DNA of 64,000 nt, from IMG/VR virus record IMGVR_UViG_3300018080_000114. One strand, written 5' to 3'. Below are positions 17,361 to 27,771 of this stretch, in pieces. Every line of letters begins with the position of its first letter. Position 1 is the first letter of the stretch. A program made the position numbers and the translations under genes. The notes under the pieces are model-generated. The model did no database searches and had not been told where the DNA came from. It was given only the letters and a program-made list of their open reading frames with translations. Source of the stretch: a virus (taxonomy: Duplodnaviria; Heunggongvirae; Uroviricota; Caudoviricetes).

Positions 17361-18728
17361 ATGAAGAAGGATGATGTTCTGAGTCAGAGGATTCAAGACT
17401 CATTTTTGTACCTGTGTATCACCAGCACTGATTTCATCAAAATGGCACATTCGGCTATCAAGCCGGAATACTTCTCATCGTCAATTACGAAGGAGCTTAT
17501 TCAGCTGTGCTATTCGTACTTCATGCAATTCAAAGAGGCTCCTGGGCAGCACTTCCATGATGAGCTGGTGTCGTTCCTGGAGACGAAGGATGAGGATAAG
17601 AAGCACCACTTCCTGACCTACGTCGAGCGGATGAATGACATGGAGGAGCCGAATGTCGCGTATGTGGTGTCGCGGATCAATCAGTTTGTCCAGGCACGTG
17701 AGTTCGAGCTGGCGGTGGTCAAGAGTATGAAGCTGGCGCAGATGGGCAAGCTGGACATGGCACGTGAGAACATGCAGTCAGCGTTGCGTGTGGGCGTAGA
17801 GAAGGAAGAGGTGGGCAGTGAGTACTTCAAGGCTGATCTGCCTGCGTACATGCGTCCAGACAAGGCGAATGAACCGATCCTGCCGTTGGGGCTGGACACA
17901 CTGGATAATATCCTGAAGCGTCCGATGAGTAGAACGGATCTGGTTTGTGTGTTCGGTGGGTTCAAGGGCAAGAAGTCGTTCTCACTGATCTACTTCGGGA
18001 TCAGGGCGTTGATGCGTGGGCTGAACGTGTTGCACATTTCACACGAGCTGTCGTTGGAGGACACAGAAGAGCGGTATGACCGTGGGTTCGGTAGCTTATC
18101 GAATGATCAGCATGCCTCTGTCGATGGCGTGGACTTCGAGGAGATCGATGACGATGGGAATGTGATGCAGACCCGGAAGATCTACCCAAAGACGACGCAT
18201 GACCTGGAGGCGGTGAGGAGTGTGCGTAAGCGTGCGGCCCGATTCGGTGGGCGGCTGGTCATCAAAAAATATCCGATGGGTACTTGCACAATGGGAGAGC
18301 TGCGTCGGTATCTGGAGTACCTGGAGATGTATGAGGATTTCATCCCAGATGTGGTGATCAACGATTATCCAGAAAAAATGAAGTTGCCGTCATCGGACAA
18401 GAGAAACGATGTGATCAATGATATGTACCTGGAATGTAAGGGTCTCGCGGACGAGAAGAAATTCCTGATGATCATTGCGTCCCAGGTGACACGTGATGCA
18501 TTGAAGAGGTCGAAGTTGAAGCAGGGAGACAGTGCTGAGGACATTCGGAAGATCGGCAATGTGGACTTGGCGCTTGGCATCTCTCAGGTGGGAGACAATG
18601 GAAATCGTATGTGCGCCCATGTTATGGCGAACAGACACGGTCCTCAGTTCGTAGGATGTTTGTTCGCCCAGAATCTGGACATTGGGCAGTTTGCGTACAA
18701 GACTTGGCCGATGAAGTCGAAGAACTAG
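17361..18728 (+). CDS. dnaB: DnaB-like replicative helicase
   Basis: RecA-fold C-terminal domain: atypical P-loop GGFKGKKS, HISHEL, VVINDYPE, IIASQVTR, AEDIRKIGNVD. Confidence 0.8.
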   Translation: MKKDDVLSQRIQDSFLYLCITSTDFIKMAHSAIKPEYFSSSITKELIQLCYSYFMQFKEAPGQHFHDELVSFLETKDEDKKHHFLTYVERMNDMEEPNVAYVVSRINQFVQAREFELAVVKSMKLAQMGKLDMARENMQSALRVGVEKEEVGSEYFKADLPAYMRPDKANEPILPLGLDTLDNILKRPMSRTDLVCVFGGFKGKKSFSLIYFGIRALMRGLNVLHISHELSLEDTEERYDRGFGSLSNDQHASVDGVDFEEIDDDGNVMQTRKIYPKTTHDLEAVRSVRKRAARFGGRLVIKKYPMGTCTMGELRRYLEYLEMYEDFIPDVVINDYPEKMKLPSSDKRNDVINDMYLECKGLADEKKFLMIIASQVTRDALKRSKLKQGDSAEDIRKIGNVDLALGISQVGDNGNRMCAHVMANRHGPQFVGCLFAQNLDIGQFAYKTWPMKSKN

Positions 18729-18942
18729 GAGACCTACCATGAAGCGTGAATTGATTGCAATAGATCCTTTCAATCATAGCACGAGGATTGTGTATGATTC
18801 AAAGTTGGAGATATTCTACCTTCAGGAGAAGAGCTGCTTTGTGTGGAAGGAAGTGAACTACACGTTCGATGTGGATCACATGAGACAATGGAGAGCCCAC
18901 CACAAGCTGGTGTGGGTTTCGACGCATTTTAAGGGCATGTGA

Positions 18943-20409
18943 TTGAACTACAAGAGTATACCAGAAGAGAAGCTAGATTGGGCATTGTCCTGTTGCCAGT
19001 TCTTGCGGCCTCCGCGATGGCATCAGAAGGTGTCCATGGTGTTCGCAGTTGGGAAGGATAGAGTTGCGTTCTGGCATCCTATCGGGAGCGGGAAGACTGC
19101 GACTGCCTACTATGTGATGGAGCACATCTGGAAGTGTCCCAGGATCTTGGTTGTGGGTCCGACGTCATCATTCGGGGCATGGCAATCCAACATGAAATGG
19201 ACAGCATATAATGGAGTCGTTCTATCTGGATCGAGGGAAGAGCGCCTTGATAAGCTGGCTCTGGATCGTAATGTGTACGTCATCAACTATGAGGGCCTGA
19301 AGTACGTGTATGGTCGTAAGGTGAAGGCCAAACGTGGTTGCAAGTGGTACATGGACACGAATCAGTTCGTGGATGGGTTCGATGGGATCATCTTTGATGA
19401 GGCGCATAGATGCAAGTCATACGATTCGTTGCAATCGAAGATTTGCTGTGAGCTGAGTAGAAGAGCGAAGCATGTCATTGGGCTGTCTGGGACTCCGTTT
19501 GATAAGAGTCTCCTGGAGCTGTTCAATGTGTACAAGGCGATTGATCAGGGGCAGTGTTTGGGAGATAACTTCTTCCGCTATCGGTTGAATTTCTTCAAGA
19601 AAGGATTCTACACGTGGGACCCAAAGGAAGGCGCAGAGATGAAGATCTTTGACATGGCGTCACCAGTGACATTGTTGTTCGAGCGGTCGGAGTGTGCGGA
19701 CTTGCCGGATTGCAATGAGGTGGTATGGCAGGTGGAGGCGAGTGACGAGTTCCGGAAGTGGGAAGCAAAGATCATCCAGAAACCCTATGTCACAGTCAAT
19801 GGGGTCAAGGTGGATATCAGCGAGCCGTCTCAGAAGTCGCACAAGTACAAGCAGGTCCTGGGTGGGTATTTCTATTACGACGTTGACGGTCCTGACGGTC
19901 GTAAGGAGAGACGCATCAAGTATTTGAAGAAAAACCCGAAATTGGACACATTGATGGAGATAATAGAGGACCATCCGGTAAAGATCATCGTATTTTATCA
20001 GTATGACGGGGCTGATGAGGTCATCCATAAGGCTCTGGATAAGGCCAAGATCAATTATGTGACGATCAAGGGCGGGCAGGGCGCAGAGAAGCGTAGGATG
20101 GCCGAGAAGGCGTTTTTGGAGGACCCGGAGGTTCAGGTGTGCGTGTGCAATACGAAGTGCGGTGGGGAGTCCTGGGAGGGCTATTCAGCCGAGATCGTGG
20201 TATTCTATGACATAGTGGTATCTCCGACAGCCAGGAAGCAGTGTATCGGTCGGATGCATCGAGATGGGCAGGAGAAGGAGACAACGGTGATTGAGCTGGT
20301 CATGCGTGATACCTTTGACGAGCGGACCAAGGCGAATCAGGGGCCTCGTGCTGACTTGCAGAAAGAGTTCAACGAATACATGAGTGACTATGGAGGAACC
20401 AATGGCTAA
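18943..20409 (+). CDS. SF2 (SNF2/DEAD-like) helicase
   Basis: IGSGKT, IIFDEAH, LSGTP, QCIGRMHRDGQ. Confidence 0.9.
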   Translation: MNYKSIPEEKLDWALSCCQFLRPPRWHQKVSMVFAVGKDRVAFWHPIGSGKTATAYYVMEHIWKCPRILVVGPTSSFGAWQSNMKWTAYNGVVLSGSREERLDKLALDRNVYVINYEGLKYVYGRKVKAKRGCKWYMDTNQFVDGFDGIIFDEAHRCKSYDSLQSKICCELSRRAKHVIGLSGTPFDKSLLELFNVYKAIDQGQCLGDNFFRYRLNFFKKGFYTWDPKEGAEMKIFDMASPVTLLFERSECADLPDCNEVVWQVEASDEFRKWEAKIIQKPYVTVNGVKVDISEPSQKSHKYKQVLGGYFYYDVDGPDGRKERRIKYLKKNPKLDTLMEIIEDHPVKIIVFYQYDGADEVIHKALDKAKINYVTIKGGQGAEKRRMAEKAFLEDPEVQVCVCNTKCGGESWEGYSAEIVVFYDIVVSPTARKQCIGRMHRDGQEKETTVIELVMRDTFDERTKANQGPRADLQKEFNEYMSDYGGTNG

Positions 20410-20814
20410 GAAGCAGAAGAAGCGTGGACCGAAGTTCAAGAAGAGACGAGCGTTTGATCGGGCAGCGACGTTCCCCAAGAAGGTGGCTCAGGAAGAGATG
20501 GCCGAGGAGATGAAGATCTACCAGAATCTGGTGGTCGGGATCAACAAGGCGTTCCCGGATCGTGAGGAGCGCATTGCGTATATGGAAGCACTAATCGAAG
20601 GTTTGGCAGTGGAGGATGAAGAAGATGGCGACAGAAGTGATACAGAAGCTGAAGGGGATCAGGGCGAAGCTGGAGAAGGCGAGCAATCGAGAGAAGTCGT
20701 CTCTGGAGTGGATGAAGTTGACGGAGGCAGTTGAGGGTCTTGTGGAGATTTGCGAGTTCAATGATGCTCGTCTCACTGCCATTCAGGAGAAGCTGAACAA
20801 GTAGGAGAGAAGCG

Positions 20815-22053
20815 ATGTTGAAGAAAGCGGAATCTAACAATGCGTTGGTCGTGCGGCTAGAGAATGTCCGTCCGCATCCGAATGCAGATCGGTTGAAGCT
20901 GGCTACTGTGGTGGGTGATCAGGTGGTTGTCGGTCTGGATGCGAAAGACGGTGACTTGATGGTGTACTTCGACAGCAATCTACGGTTGTCTCCGGAGTAC
21001 CTGAGCCATAACAACTTGTATTCGAATCCGGAATTGAATGCGGATACGAGCGTGAAGGGCTACTTCGGTAAGAATGGTCGCGTTCGGGCGCAGAGATTCC
21101 GTGGTGAGATGTCGAATGGGTATGTGGCTTCAGTTGCCTCTATTCACACACTGGTGGAGTCTATCAACAACACTGGGGTTGCGGAGTACCTGGAGGTAGG
21201 TGACGAGTTTACCCATGTGAATGGTGTGAAGATCTGTGAGAAGTACGTGGTGCCTCATCGTACTCCTGGTGCGCCTGGGTCTCGGAAGAAGAGAGTTCGG
21301 GAGCCGGTGTCAGAGATGTTCTGGAAGCACTGGGACACGAAGCACCTGCTCCGTGAGTCACATCGGATTCCAAATGGGACTCTGTACATTGAGGAGAAGA
21401 TCCATGGGACTTCAGCTCGGACGGGTAACATGCTGTTCAAGACACAGCGTCCGTGGTGGAAGTTCTGGGCTCCCAAGGTGACAGAGGAGTGGCGTGTGGT
21501 TAGTGGGACACGTCGTGTGGACCACATTGGTGCTCACATTCCTGGTGTGCGTAAGGAGATCGAGGAGAAGTTGGCTCCACATCTGCGGAAGGGTGAGCAG
21601 GTGTACTATGAGATCTTCGGGCATTCAAAGACTGGGGCTGAGATTCAGTCTGGGTTCTCATATGGATGCAAGGCGAGTGAGTATCGAGTGATCTTGTATC
21701 GTGTCACCATCACCACACCAGACGGCTTCTGCGTGGATCTGCCACGTGAGATGGTATACCATCGTGCCGTGGAGTTGGGCTTGGAGTGTCCTCCGTTGTT
21801 GGGTGAGGGTCATTTCATCAATGATTGGATTGTGGATCTATTCGATTCTGAGCCGTGGTCATTGAATGACTTGAAGCAGCTGACCGAGGGCAAGTCCGTG
21901 TTGGATGCGGACACGATCCGAGAGGGGATTGTGGTCTGGTTCGAGGATGAATATGGGCGCTGGTCATGTCTGAAGCTCAAGAGTGACGAGTTCCTACTCA
22001 AGGAGGACAAGCAGCGTGAGAAGGGCATCGGTGACGTAGAGGATGATCAATAG
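20815..22053 (+). CDS. ATP-dependent RNA ligase (DRB0094/Rnl2-like) with N-terminal OB domain
   Basis: HPNADRL OB-fold start; motif I EEKIHGTS; YYEIFG; REGIVV; LKLKS. Confidence 0.85.
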   Translation: MLKKAESNNALVVRLENVRPHPNADRLKLATVVGDQVVVGLDAKDGDLMVYFDSNLRLSPEYLSHNNLYSNPELNADTSVKGYFGKNGRVRAQRFRGEMSNGYVASVASIHTLVESINNTGVAEYLEVGDEFTHVNGVKICEKYVVPHRTPGAPGSRKKRVREPVSEMFWKHWDTKHLLRESHRIPNGTLYIEEKIHGTSARTGNMLFKTQRPWWKFWAPKVTEEWRVVSGTRRVDHIGAHIPGVRKEIEEKLAPHLRKGEQVYYEIFGHSKTGAEIQSGFSYGCKASEYRVILYRVTITTPDGFCVDLPREMVYHRAVELGLECPPLLGEGHFINDWIVDLFDSEPWSLNDLKQLTEGKSVLDADTIREGIVVWFEDEYGRWSCLKLKSDEFLLKEDKQREKGIGDVEDDQ

Positions 22054-22305
22054 GAGGATGTGTTATGACTTTTCCTGATCCTGCGCAGGTGGATCTGTTG
22101 GATGAACGAGCGATAGTGCAGTACATGCGTGATCTATTGAATCTTCACGATTTGATAGAGGGTGGGATTGAGGAAAGAATGGAGAAGCTGAAACGGCAGC
22201 TCCTGGATCTTGGGTGGGGCAAGGACAAGATTCATGACATGGTAATGAGGGCCTCTCATAACACACGGTATGAGAGGCTCATCCCTCCTCCAATCGTGAG
22301 GTGAC

Positions 22306-23274
22306 ATGAACTATGAGCAGGTGATAATCGATGTGCTGTCTGAGCATGGCATTGAGTATTGGACAGAGGGTAAGAACGTTAGTTCGGATACGATCAACGT
22401 CAACTGCCCATTCTGTGCTATGGGTGGGCCTCTAGGTCCTGATCCTAGCAACCACTGTGGCATCTTCAAAGAGACGATGAAGTTCAACTGTTGGAGATGC
22501 AACAAGAAGGGCTCATTCGCTTTCTTGGTGGCTATTCTGACGCATTCTAAGCTGGAGTACTGTGAGCGTATGATCCAGGACATGGGTGTGTTCCTGGAAG
22601 ATGATCCAGTGTCACAGGTTCAGCGGATGTTGCGACGTGAGGAGTTGTCCACTACCAAGGAAGAGAAGAATGAGTTCTTGGGATTGCCACGGCAGTTCAT
22701 AGAGGTGACTGCGGACATGGACTTTCCTTTGATCGATGATTATCTGGAGCGTAGGGATCTGTACATTGAGGATTTGACAGATCGCAAGTGTGGTGTCTGT
22801 CGGACTGGGCCGTATATGAATCGACTCATCATCCCTGTCTATGAGGATAGGGAGTTGGTGGCATTTCAGGCTGCGGATATGACAGGGCGTGCGATGGTCA
22901 AGTACAAAAACTCTGACAATGACATGGACTATCTGTATGGACTAGATGACATACGTGAAGACGGTCTCATGGTGTTGACTGAGGGGCTGATGGATCAGTG
23001 GCGCGTGAATGAGCATGCGGTGTGTACGTTTGGGGCCTCCATCACAGAGAAGCAGCAGACGAGGATCATAGATAGTAAGGTGCAGCAGTTGGTGTTCGGA
23101 TGGGATGGAGATGCATACTGGAAGGCGAGAGAGGCAGCGGACTACTTCAGGCCGTTCATTCCTGAGGTGTATGTGCTCCAGCTTCCAGATGGTGAAGATC
23201 CGGACAGTTTGGGACATGGAAAGATGTGGACACTAATCCGTGAGGCAATCGGAGAGGAGTGGATGATCATATGA
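22306..23274 (+). CDS. DNA primase (zinc finger + Toprim)
   Basis: CPFC...HC...FNCWRC zinc finger; RLIIPV; LTEG.MD; GWDGD; DPDS. Confidence 0.88.
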   Translation: MNYEQVIIDVLSEHGIEYWTEGKNVSSDTINVNCPFCAMGGPLGPDPSNHCGIFKETMKFNCWRCNKKGSFAFLVAILTHSKLEYCERMIQDMGVFLEDDPVSQVQRMLRREELSTTKEEKNEFLGLPRQFIEVTADMDFPLIDDYLERRDLYIEDLTDRKCGVCRTGPYMNRLIIPVYEDRELVAFQAADMTGRAMVKYKNSDNDMDYLYGLDDIREDGLMVLTEGLMDQWRVNEHAVCTFGASITEKQQTRIIDSKVQQLVFGWDGDAYWKAREAADYFRPFIPEVYVLQLPDGEDPDSLGHGKMWTLIREAIGEEWMII

Positions 23275-24020
23275 ATGAGGTAATCTGCGGTGACTGTCGA
23301 GAGGTGGCGAGTGATCTTCGGAAAGAGCATCCACATGTGCGTATGGTGTTTGCTGATCCTCCGGACTTCTTGGGGATGAAGTATGCGGATTTCGATGACA
23401 AGCAATGGAAGAGTGTGCATGAGTATCGAACGTGGTTGTGGCAACGCTTGGTGATGTCTTTGCGGAGCAATTGGGCTGACGTTGTTTGGTGGAGCATATA
23501 TCACACACATAGAGCTGCGCTTGAGTTCTCAGCTCAGGACTATATAGCAGACTATAGCCATCTCTGTGATTACCGCCTCCTACTTTGGCGGTTCACGTTT
23601 GGGCAGCATCGGAAGACAGATTGTGGGAATGGGTATCGTCCACTGATGCGATTCAGTAAGAAAGATGTGGAGTGGAATACGGATTGCATTCGGGTTCCAT
23701 CAGCGCGTCTATTGAAGTACAAGGACAAGCGGGCGAATCCTCTTGGGAAGGTGCCGGATGATGTGTGGGAGTTTCCGAGAGTGTGTGGGACATTCCATGA
23801 ACGTCGTAAGTGGATCTCCAATCAGCATCCGGAAGCTCTGATTGAGCGGATGGTGTTGATGAGTACGAATCCAGGTGACATGGTTGTGGATATGTTTGCC
23901 GGTAGTGGAACAGTTCATCGGGTGTGCAAGCGATTGGGTCGGAACAGCATAAGTATAGAGATATCAAAGACTTACGTCGCTAACATTTTGAAAGAGGATG
24001 AAGATGAAGGTAAGTCGTAA
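23271..24020 (+). CDS. N4/N6 DNA methyltransferase (beta class)
   Basis: Motif IV FADPPD at the N-terminus, DVWEF, HPEAL, motif I DMFAGSGT at the C-terminus. Confidence 0.88.
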   Translation: MNEVICGDCREVASDLRKEHPHVRMVFADPPDFLGMKYADFDDKQWKSVHEYRTWLWQRLVMSLRSNWADVVWWSIYHTHRAALEFSAQDYIADYSHLCDYRLLLWRFTFGQHRKTDCGNGYRPLMRFSKKDVEWNTDCIRVPSARLLKYKDKRANPLGKVPDDVWEFPRVCGTFHERRKWISNQHPEALIERMVLMSTNPGDMVVDMFAGSGTVHRVCKRLGRNSISIEISKTYVANILKEDEDEGKS

Positions 24021-25005
24021 CGAATTGATTGCCTGTCTGAAGCGTGTGATCATTGGTGACACATTGTATTTCGATGGTCGGACAGTGCGTAGTGGGCATC
24101 TGAGTTTTCAAGTGGAGACCCCACTTCCAGGAGAACTGGATCTATCATGTGTGGTTTCCGGTAAGCCTCTGTTGGATATGTTGAAGACAATGCGTGCTGA
24201 TGAAGTGGAGATCGTGTTGCGGCGTGGCAAGTTGCACATCACATCTGATGGTTTGAAGATGGACTTCAAGACTTTCAAGGATGCGATGCCATTGAACAAG
24301 GTGCCGATCACTGATCCGTTGGTGGACGTTGGGGACCTGGAGAAGTTTGTGGCTGGATTGAAGGCGAGTTCAGTTTGCGTGTCGAAGGATGAAGCGGATC
24401 GTGCGTTGTGTGGAGTCCGGGCGATGGGTGAGTTCCTATATGCCTGTGACAAATTCCGTATCTTTCGTCATAAGCTGGAGGAGAAGGTGACATTGGATGG
24501 GTCTGTACCATTACCTTTCATCAAGGCGATTGGTGGGATGGACCTGAATGGTGGGAAGATCTATGCAGGGACCCGCATCAACTTTGAGGCTGCGGATGGG
24601 ACGGTGATCACATCATCTCTACTGTCAGATGACTATCCAGATTTGCGTAGGTTGTTTCCAGATTCAGAGCCGGTGACAATTTCATTCAACGGTGACAGGA
24701 TTTTGGATGTGTTGGCGAAGCATGGGAAGTATCAGAAGAAGGTGGACATTGGGGCACAGGAGTTTGAGGTGATGCTCACAGGGACACAGTGTACTATCGT
24801 GTCGGAGAGTGAGCTGGGCGTGCTTCAGGAAACGCTGGAGATGGATGCAGATATTGGGGACAGGGAGATTGGGTTCTTTGCGAATCCGGTGCTGTTCGAT
24901 GGAGTGGAGAAGGAGTGTACTTCGTTTGACTTCTACTCAGAGGATGGGGTGGTGATGTTCACTTACGGTCAATCGGAGTACTTGATTCGCACAAGGGAGG
25001 AATAG
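23998..25005 (+). CDS. Sliding clamp (DNA polymerase III beta-like)
   Basis: Size about 335 aa; L.GV....LYACDKFRI and YPD.RRLFP segments resemble the beta clamp; located between primase and polymerase. Confidence 0.7.
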   Translation: MKMKVSRNELIACLKRVIIGDTLYFDGRTVRSGHLSFQVETPLPGELDLSCVVSGKPLLDMLKTMRADEVEIVLRRGKLHITSDGLKMDFKTFKDAMPLNKVPITDPLVDVGDLEKFVAGLKASSVCVSKDEADRALCGVRAMGEFLYACDKFRIFRHKLEEKVTLDGSVPLPFIKAIGGMDLNGGKIYAGTRINFEAADGTVITSSLLSDDYPDLRRLFPDSEPVTISFNGDRILDVLAKHGKYQKKVDIGAQEFEVMLTGTQCTIVSESELGVLQETLEMDADIGDREIGFFANPVLFDGVEKECTSFDFYSEDGVVMFTYGQSEYLIRTREE

Positions 25006-25006
25006 C

Positions 25007-27703
25007 GTGGCTAAGCAGAAGGCATTCTTTTTTCCAGATGATATCAATCCGGATTTGAAGAAGGACACAGGGAAGGCGCTGAGAAGAGCGAAGCGTGGGG
25101 CGCGTAAGTCTACACCTAAGGCAGCGAAGGTCTATGACTGCTCTACATGCAAGCTGTACCAGTCCTGTGGATCTCCGAAGGTGGAGCGCTACGGGCGTGG
25201 TGAGAAGGGTATCCTCATTGTGAGTGGAGCCCCAAGTCGTGTGGATGATCGGGATGGATTGACATTCATGGGTAGTGATGGGGATCTGCTGAGATCGTCC
25301 TTGAAGCAGCTGAATATCGATATGGATCGGGATTGTGTCCGCACTACAGTGGTGGATTGTTTCCCTGGTATGAAGAACAAGTGGCAGGAGAAGGACCCAA
25401 CAGATACACAGGTGAAGGCTTGTCGGTCTAGGTTGTTGGCTGATATCAAAGAGGTGAGACCAGAGCTTATCATCTGCCTGGATACGTTGTCACTGAAGGC
25501 TGTCATTCAGCCAAAGTACCTGAAGAAGGTCAAGTTCAATTCACAGTTGATGCATGGGCAGGTGTTGCCTTACCATGAGTATGGGTGTTGGGTGGGCGGC
25601 ACTTACAGTCCGAAGTTTCATCTGGCACGAATGAATGACAAGTTCAATCCGGATGATCGTAATCTCTTCCTGTATGATTTGGCACGGTGTGTGGCGAAGC
25701 TAGGGAAGAAGCTCCCACGTCCGTTGGATCGAGAAGGGTGTGAGATTATCACTGATCCGGATGAGGCCATTGCGTACATTGAGGAGCTGATCAATCAGGG
25801 GAATCCGTTCGGGTATGACTTTGAAACAAATTCTCTTCACGCGCATTTGGATGGGTCTACCATTTACTGTGTGTCGTTTGCTACAGCTCCTGACTATGGG
25901 GTAATGATTCCGTTGGACATGCCGGATAAGGAGGGGAATCCGTATTTCAATCAGGTGGAGCTGTCTTACATCTGTCAGTCCCTGACGCAGCTGCTCAAGA
26001 GTGATGTGCCTAAGGTAGTGCAGAATTTGAACATGGAAGACTCTTGGACTAGGAAGTTCTTTGGGACTAAGGCAGTGAATGCGGTGCATGACACGATGAT
26101 TGGTGCCCATGTGATGTACTGCAACAGCAAGTCCACCAGCTTGGGGTTCCAGGCGTTTCAGATGAGAGGCGATGACTACAAGGAGATTTTGGATGTGGTC
26201 AACTTCTTGGATGCGCCGTTGAGTGATCAGGTGACATACAGTACATTGGACTCGCGGTACACAATGCTGGCATACAAGAAGCAGAAGAGATTCTTTGAGC
26301 GACATCAGGATCTGTGGGACTTCTTCTATAAGTTGATGATGCCTGGGGCTCGTGCATTGGCCAGCTATAAGTCTCGTGGTGTGCGAATTGATATGAAGGA
26401 GCTGGGTGCGTTTGAGAGGAAGTACAAGGTGGAGCAGGATGTACACTTGAAGGCACTGTATGCGGATGCGAAAGTGAAGGCGGTGGAGCTGGAGAAGGGT
26501 GAGACATTCAATCCGGATTCTCCTGCACAGGTGGCCAAGGTGGTCTATGATCAGTATGGGATTGAGCCTCCATTCAAGTCACGCAGTACAGATGAGAAGA
26601 ATCTGAGAGCCATCGAAGCTAAGACAAAGAACGCATCAGTCAGGCGGTTTGTGAATGGTGTGCTTGGTTTCCGACATACGTGTTCGGCGCTGGAGAGGGT
26701 GGAGCAATATCGGAAGGTGATGAGTTCTGATCACTATGTGCACCCAAACTACAACTTGAATCGGGCTGCAACGTATCGATCTTCTGCATCGGATACGAAT
26801 GTTCAGAATGTGTTCAAGCATGATGAGGAGCTGAAGAAGTTCCGGAAGTGTATTGTCCCGTCTGAAGGAAGGGTGTTCTTGGAGGGTGACCAGGGATCGT
26901 TGGAGGTTCGCATTATCGCCATGGCTTCTAATGACCCGGAGCTGATCCGTCAGCTTAAGGAAGGTGTGGACATGCACCTGAAGTGGGCGGCTAGGCTATT
27001 CGAGAAGGATGAGTCTGAGATCGACAGACCTACGGAGCGATTCTGGGCGAAGAACCTGTTTGTCTTTGCGTCGTTCTTTGGGTCAACAGCTGACTCTATC
27101 GCCAAGAACATGGCCCCATTGGGCGTGAGTAAGGAGCATGTATTCAAGGTGCAGGCTCAGTTCTGGGATGAGTTTGCTGGGGTGCGTGAGTGGCAGATTC
27201 GTAACCGGAAGAACTATGTTTCGAAGGGATACCTGGAGGGTGCATCTGGGTTCCGGAGCCATGGTCCCTTGAGTTACAATCAGCTGGTGAACTATCCGAT
27301 CCAGGGTCCTGCGTTCCATTTGGTGTTGAATGGAATCATTCACATCGAAGAGGATTTGGTGGAGAAGAGATTCGTCAAGGAAGGTATCAGATCCTTGCCG
27401 ATCATTGAGGTGCATGACAGTGTCACATTCGATGCGGTTCCTACTGAGATCATTAAGATTGTTCCGATGGTGGATGAGATCATGGTGCGTCCATGGTTTG
27501 AGTGGCAGCGTGATGTGCCAATGATCTTTGAGTGGGAAGTGGGACGAAACTGGTATGACATGCACGAGCTGGCTATCCGGGAGTGTGCGGCGTGTTGTCA
27601 TAAGACAGGTCAGTCGCATGAGAAGGTCAAAGAGGGTGGCACGAAGTTCCATCTCTATGATTGCATGGAATGCGGTTCTATAGAAAAAGTGGAAATCGTG
27701 TAA
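25007..27703 (+). CDS. polA: Family A DNA polymerase with N-terminal uracil-DNA-glycosylase-like domain and 3'-5' exonuclease
   Basis: UDG family 4-like C..C.L...C and G.G..GILIV..AP...DD..G..F.G..G.LL; exonuclease YDFET; motif A GDQGSLEVR; motif B AKNLFVF..FFG; motif C VHDS. Confidence 0.92.
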   Translation: MAKQKAFFFPDDINPDLKKDTGKALRRAKRGARKSTPKAAKVYDCSTCKLYQSCGSPKVERYGRGEKGILIVSGAPSRVDDRDGLTFMGSDGDLLRSSLKQLNIDMDRDCVRTTVVDCFPGMKNKWQEKDPTDTQVKACRSRLLADIKEVRPELIICLDTLSLKAVIQPKYLKKVKFNSQLMHGQVLPYHEYGCWVGGTYSPKFHLARMNDKFNPDDRNLFLYDLARCVAKLGKKLPRPLDREGCEIITDPDEAIAYIEELINQGNPFGYDFETNSLHAHLDGSTIYCVSFATAPDYGVMIPLDMPDKEGNPYFNQVELSYICQSLTQLLKSDVPKVVQNLNMEDSWTRKFFGTKAVNAVHDTMIGAHVMYCNSKSTSLGFQAFQMRGDDYKEILDVVNFLDAPLSDQVTYSTLDSRYTMLAYKKQKRFFERHQDLWDFFYKLMMPGARALASYKSRGVRIDMKELGAFERKYKVEQDVHLKALYADAKVKAVELEKGETFNPDSPAQVAKVVYDQYGIEPPFKSRSTDEKNLRAIEAKTKNASVRRFVNGVLGFRHTCSALERVEQYRKVMSSDHYVHPNYNLNRAATYRSSASDTNVQNVFKHDEELKKFRKCIVPSEGRVFLEGDQGSLEVRIIAMASNDPELIRQLKEGVDMHLKWAARLFEKDESEIDRPTERFWAKNLFVFASFFGSTADSIAKNMAPLGVSKEHVFKVQAQFWDEFAGVREWQIRNRKNYVSKGYLEGASGFRSHGPLSYNQLVNYPIQGPAFHLVLNGIIHIEEDLVEKRFVKEGIRSLPIIEVHDSVTFDAVPTEIIKIVPMVDEIMVRPWFEWQRDVPMIFEWEVGRNWYDMHELAIRECAACCHKTGQSHEKVKEGGTKFHLYDCMECGSIEKVEIV

Positions 27704-27712
27704 GAAAGCTAA

Positions 27713-27739
27713 GAACATCTTCAGCGCAGTTCAGTATAG
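27713..27739 (+). promoter_or_regulatory. Putative phage-sigma promoter
   Basis: GAACATCT-N13-GTATAG in an intergenic gap. Confidence 0.5.
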
Positions 27740-27771
27740 ATAGTATGGTGGGAGACATTTGGAGGAAAGAT

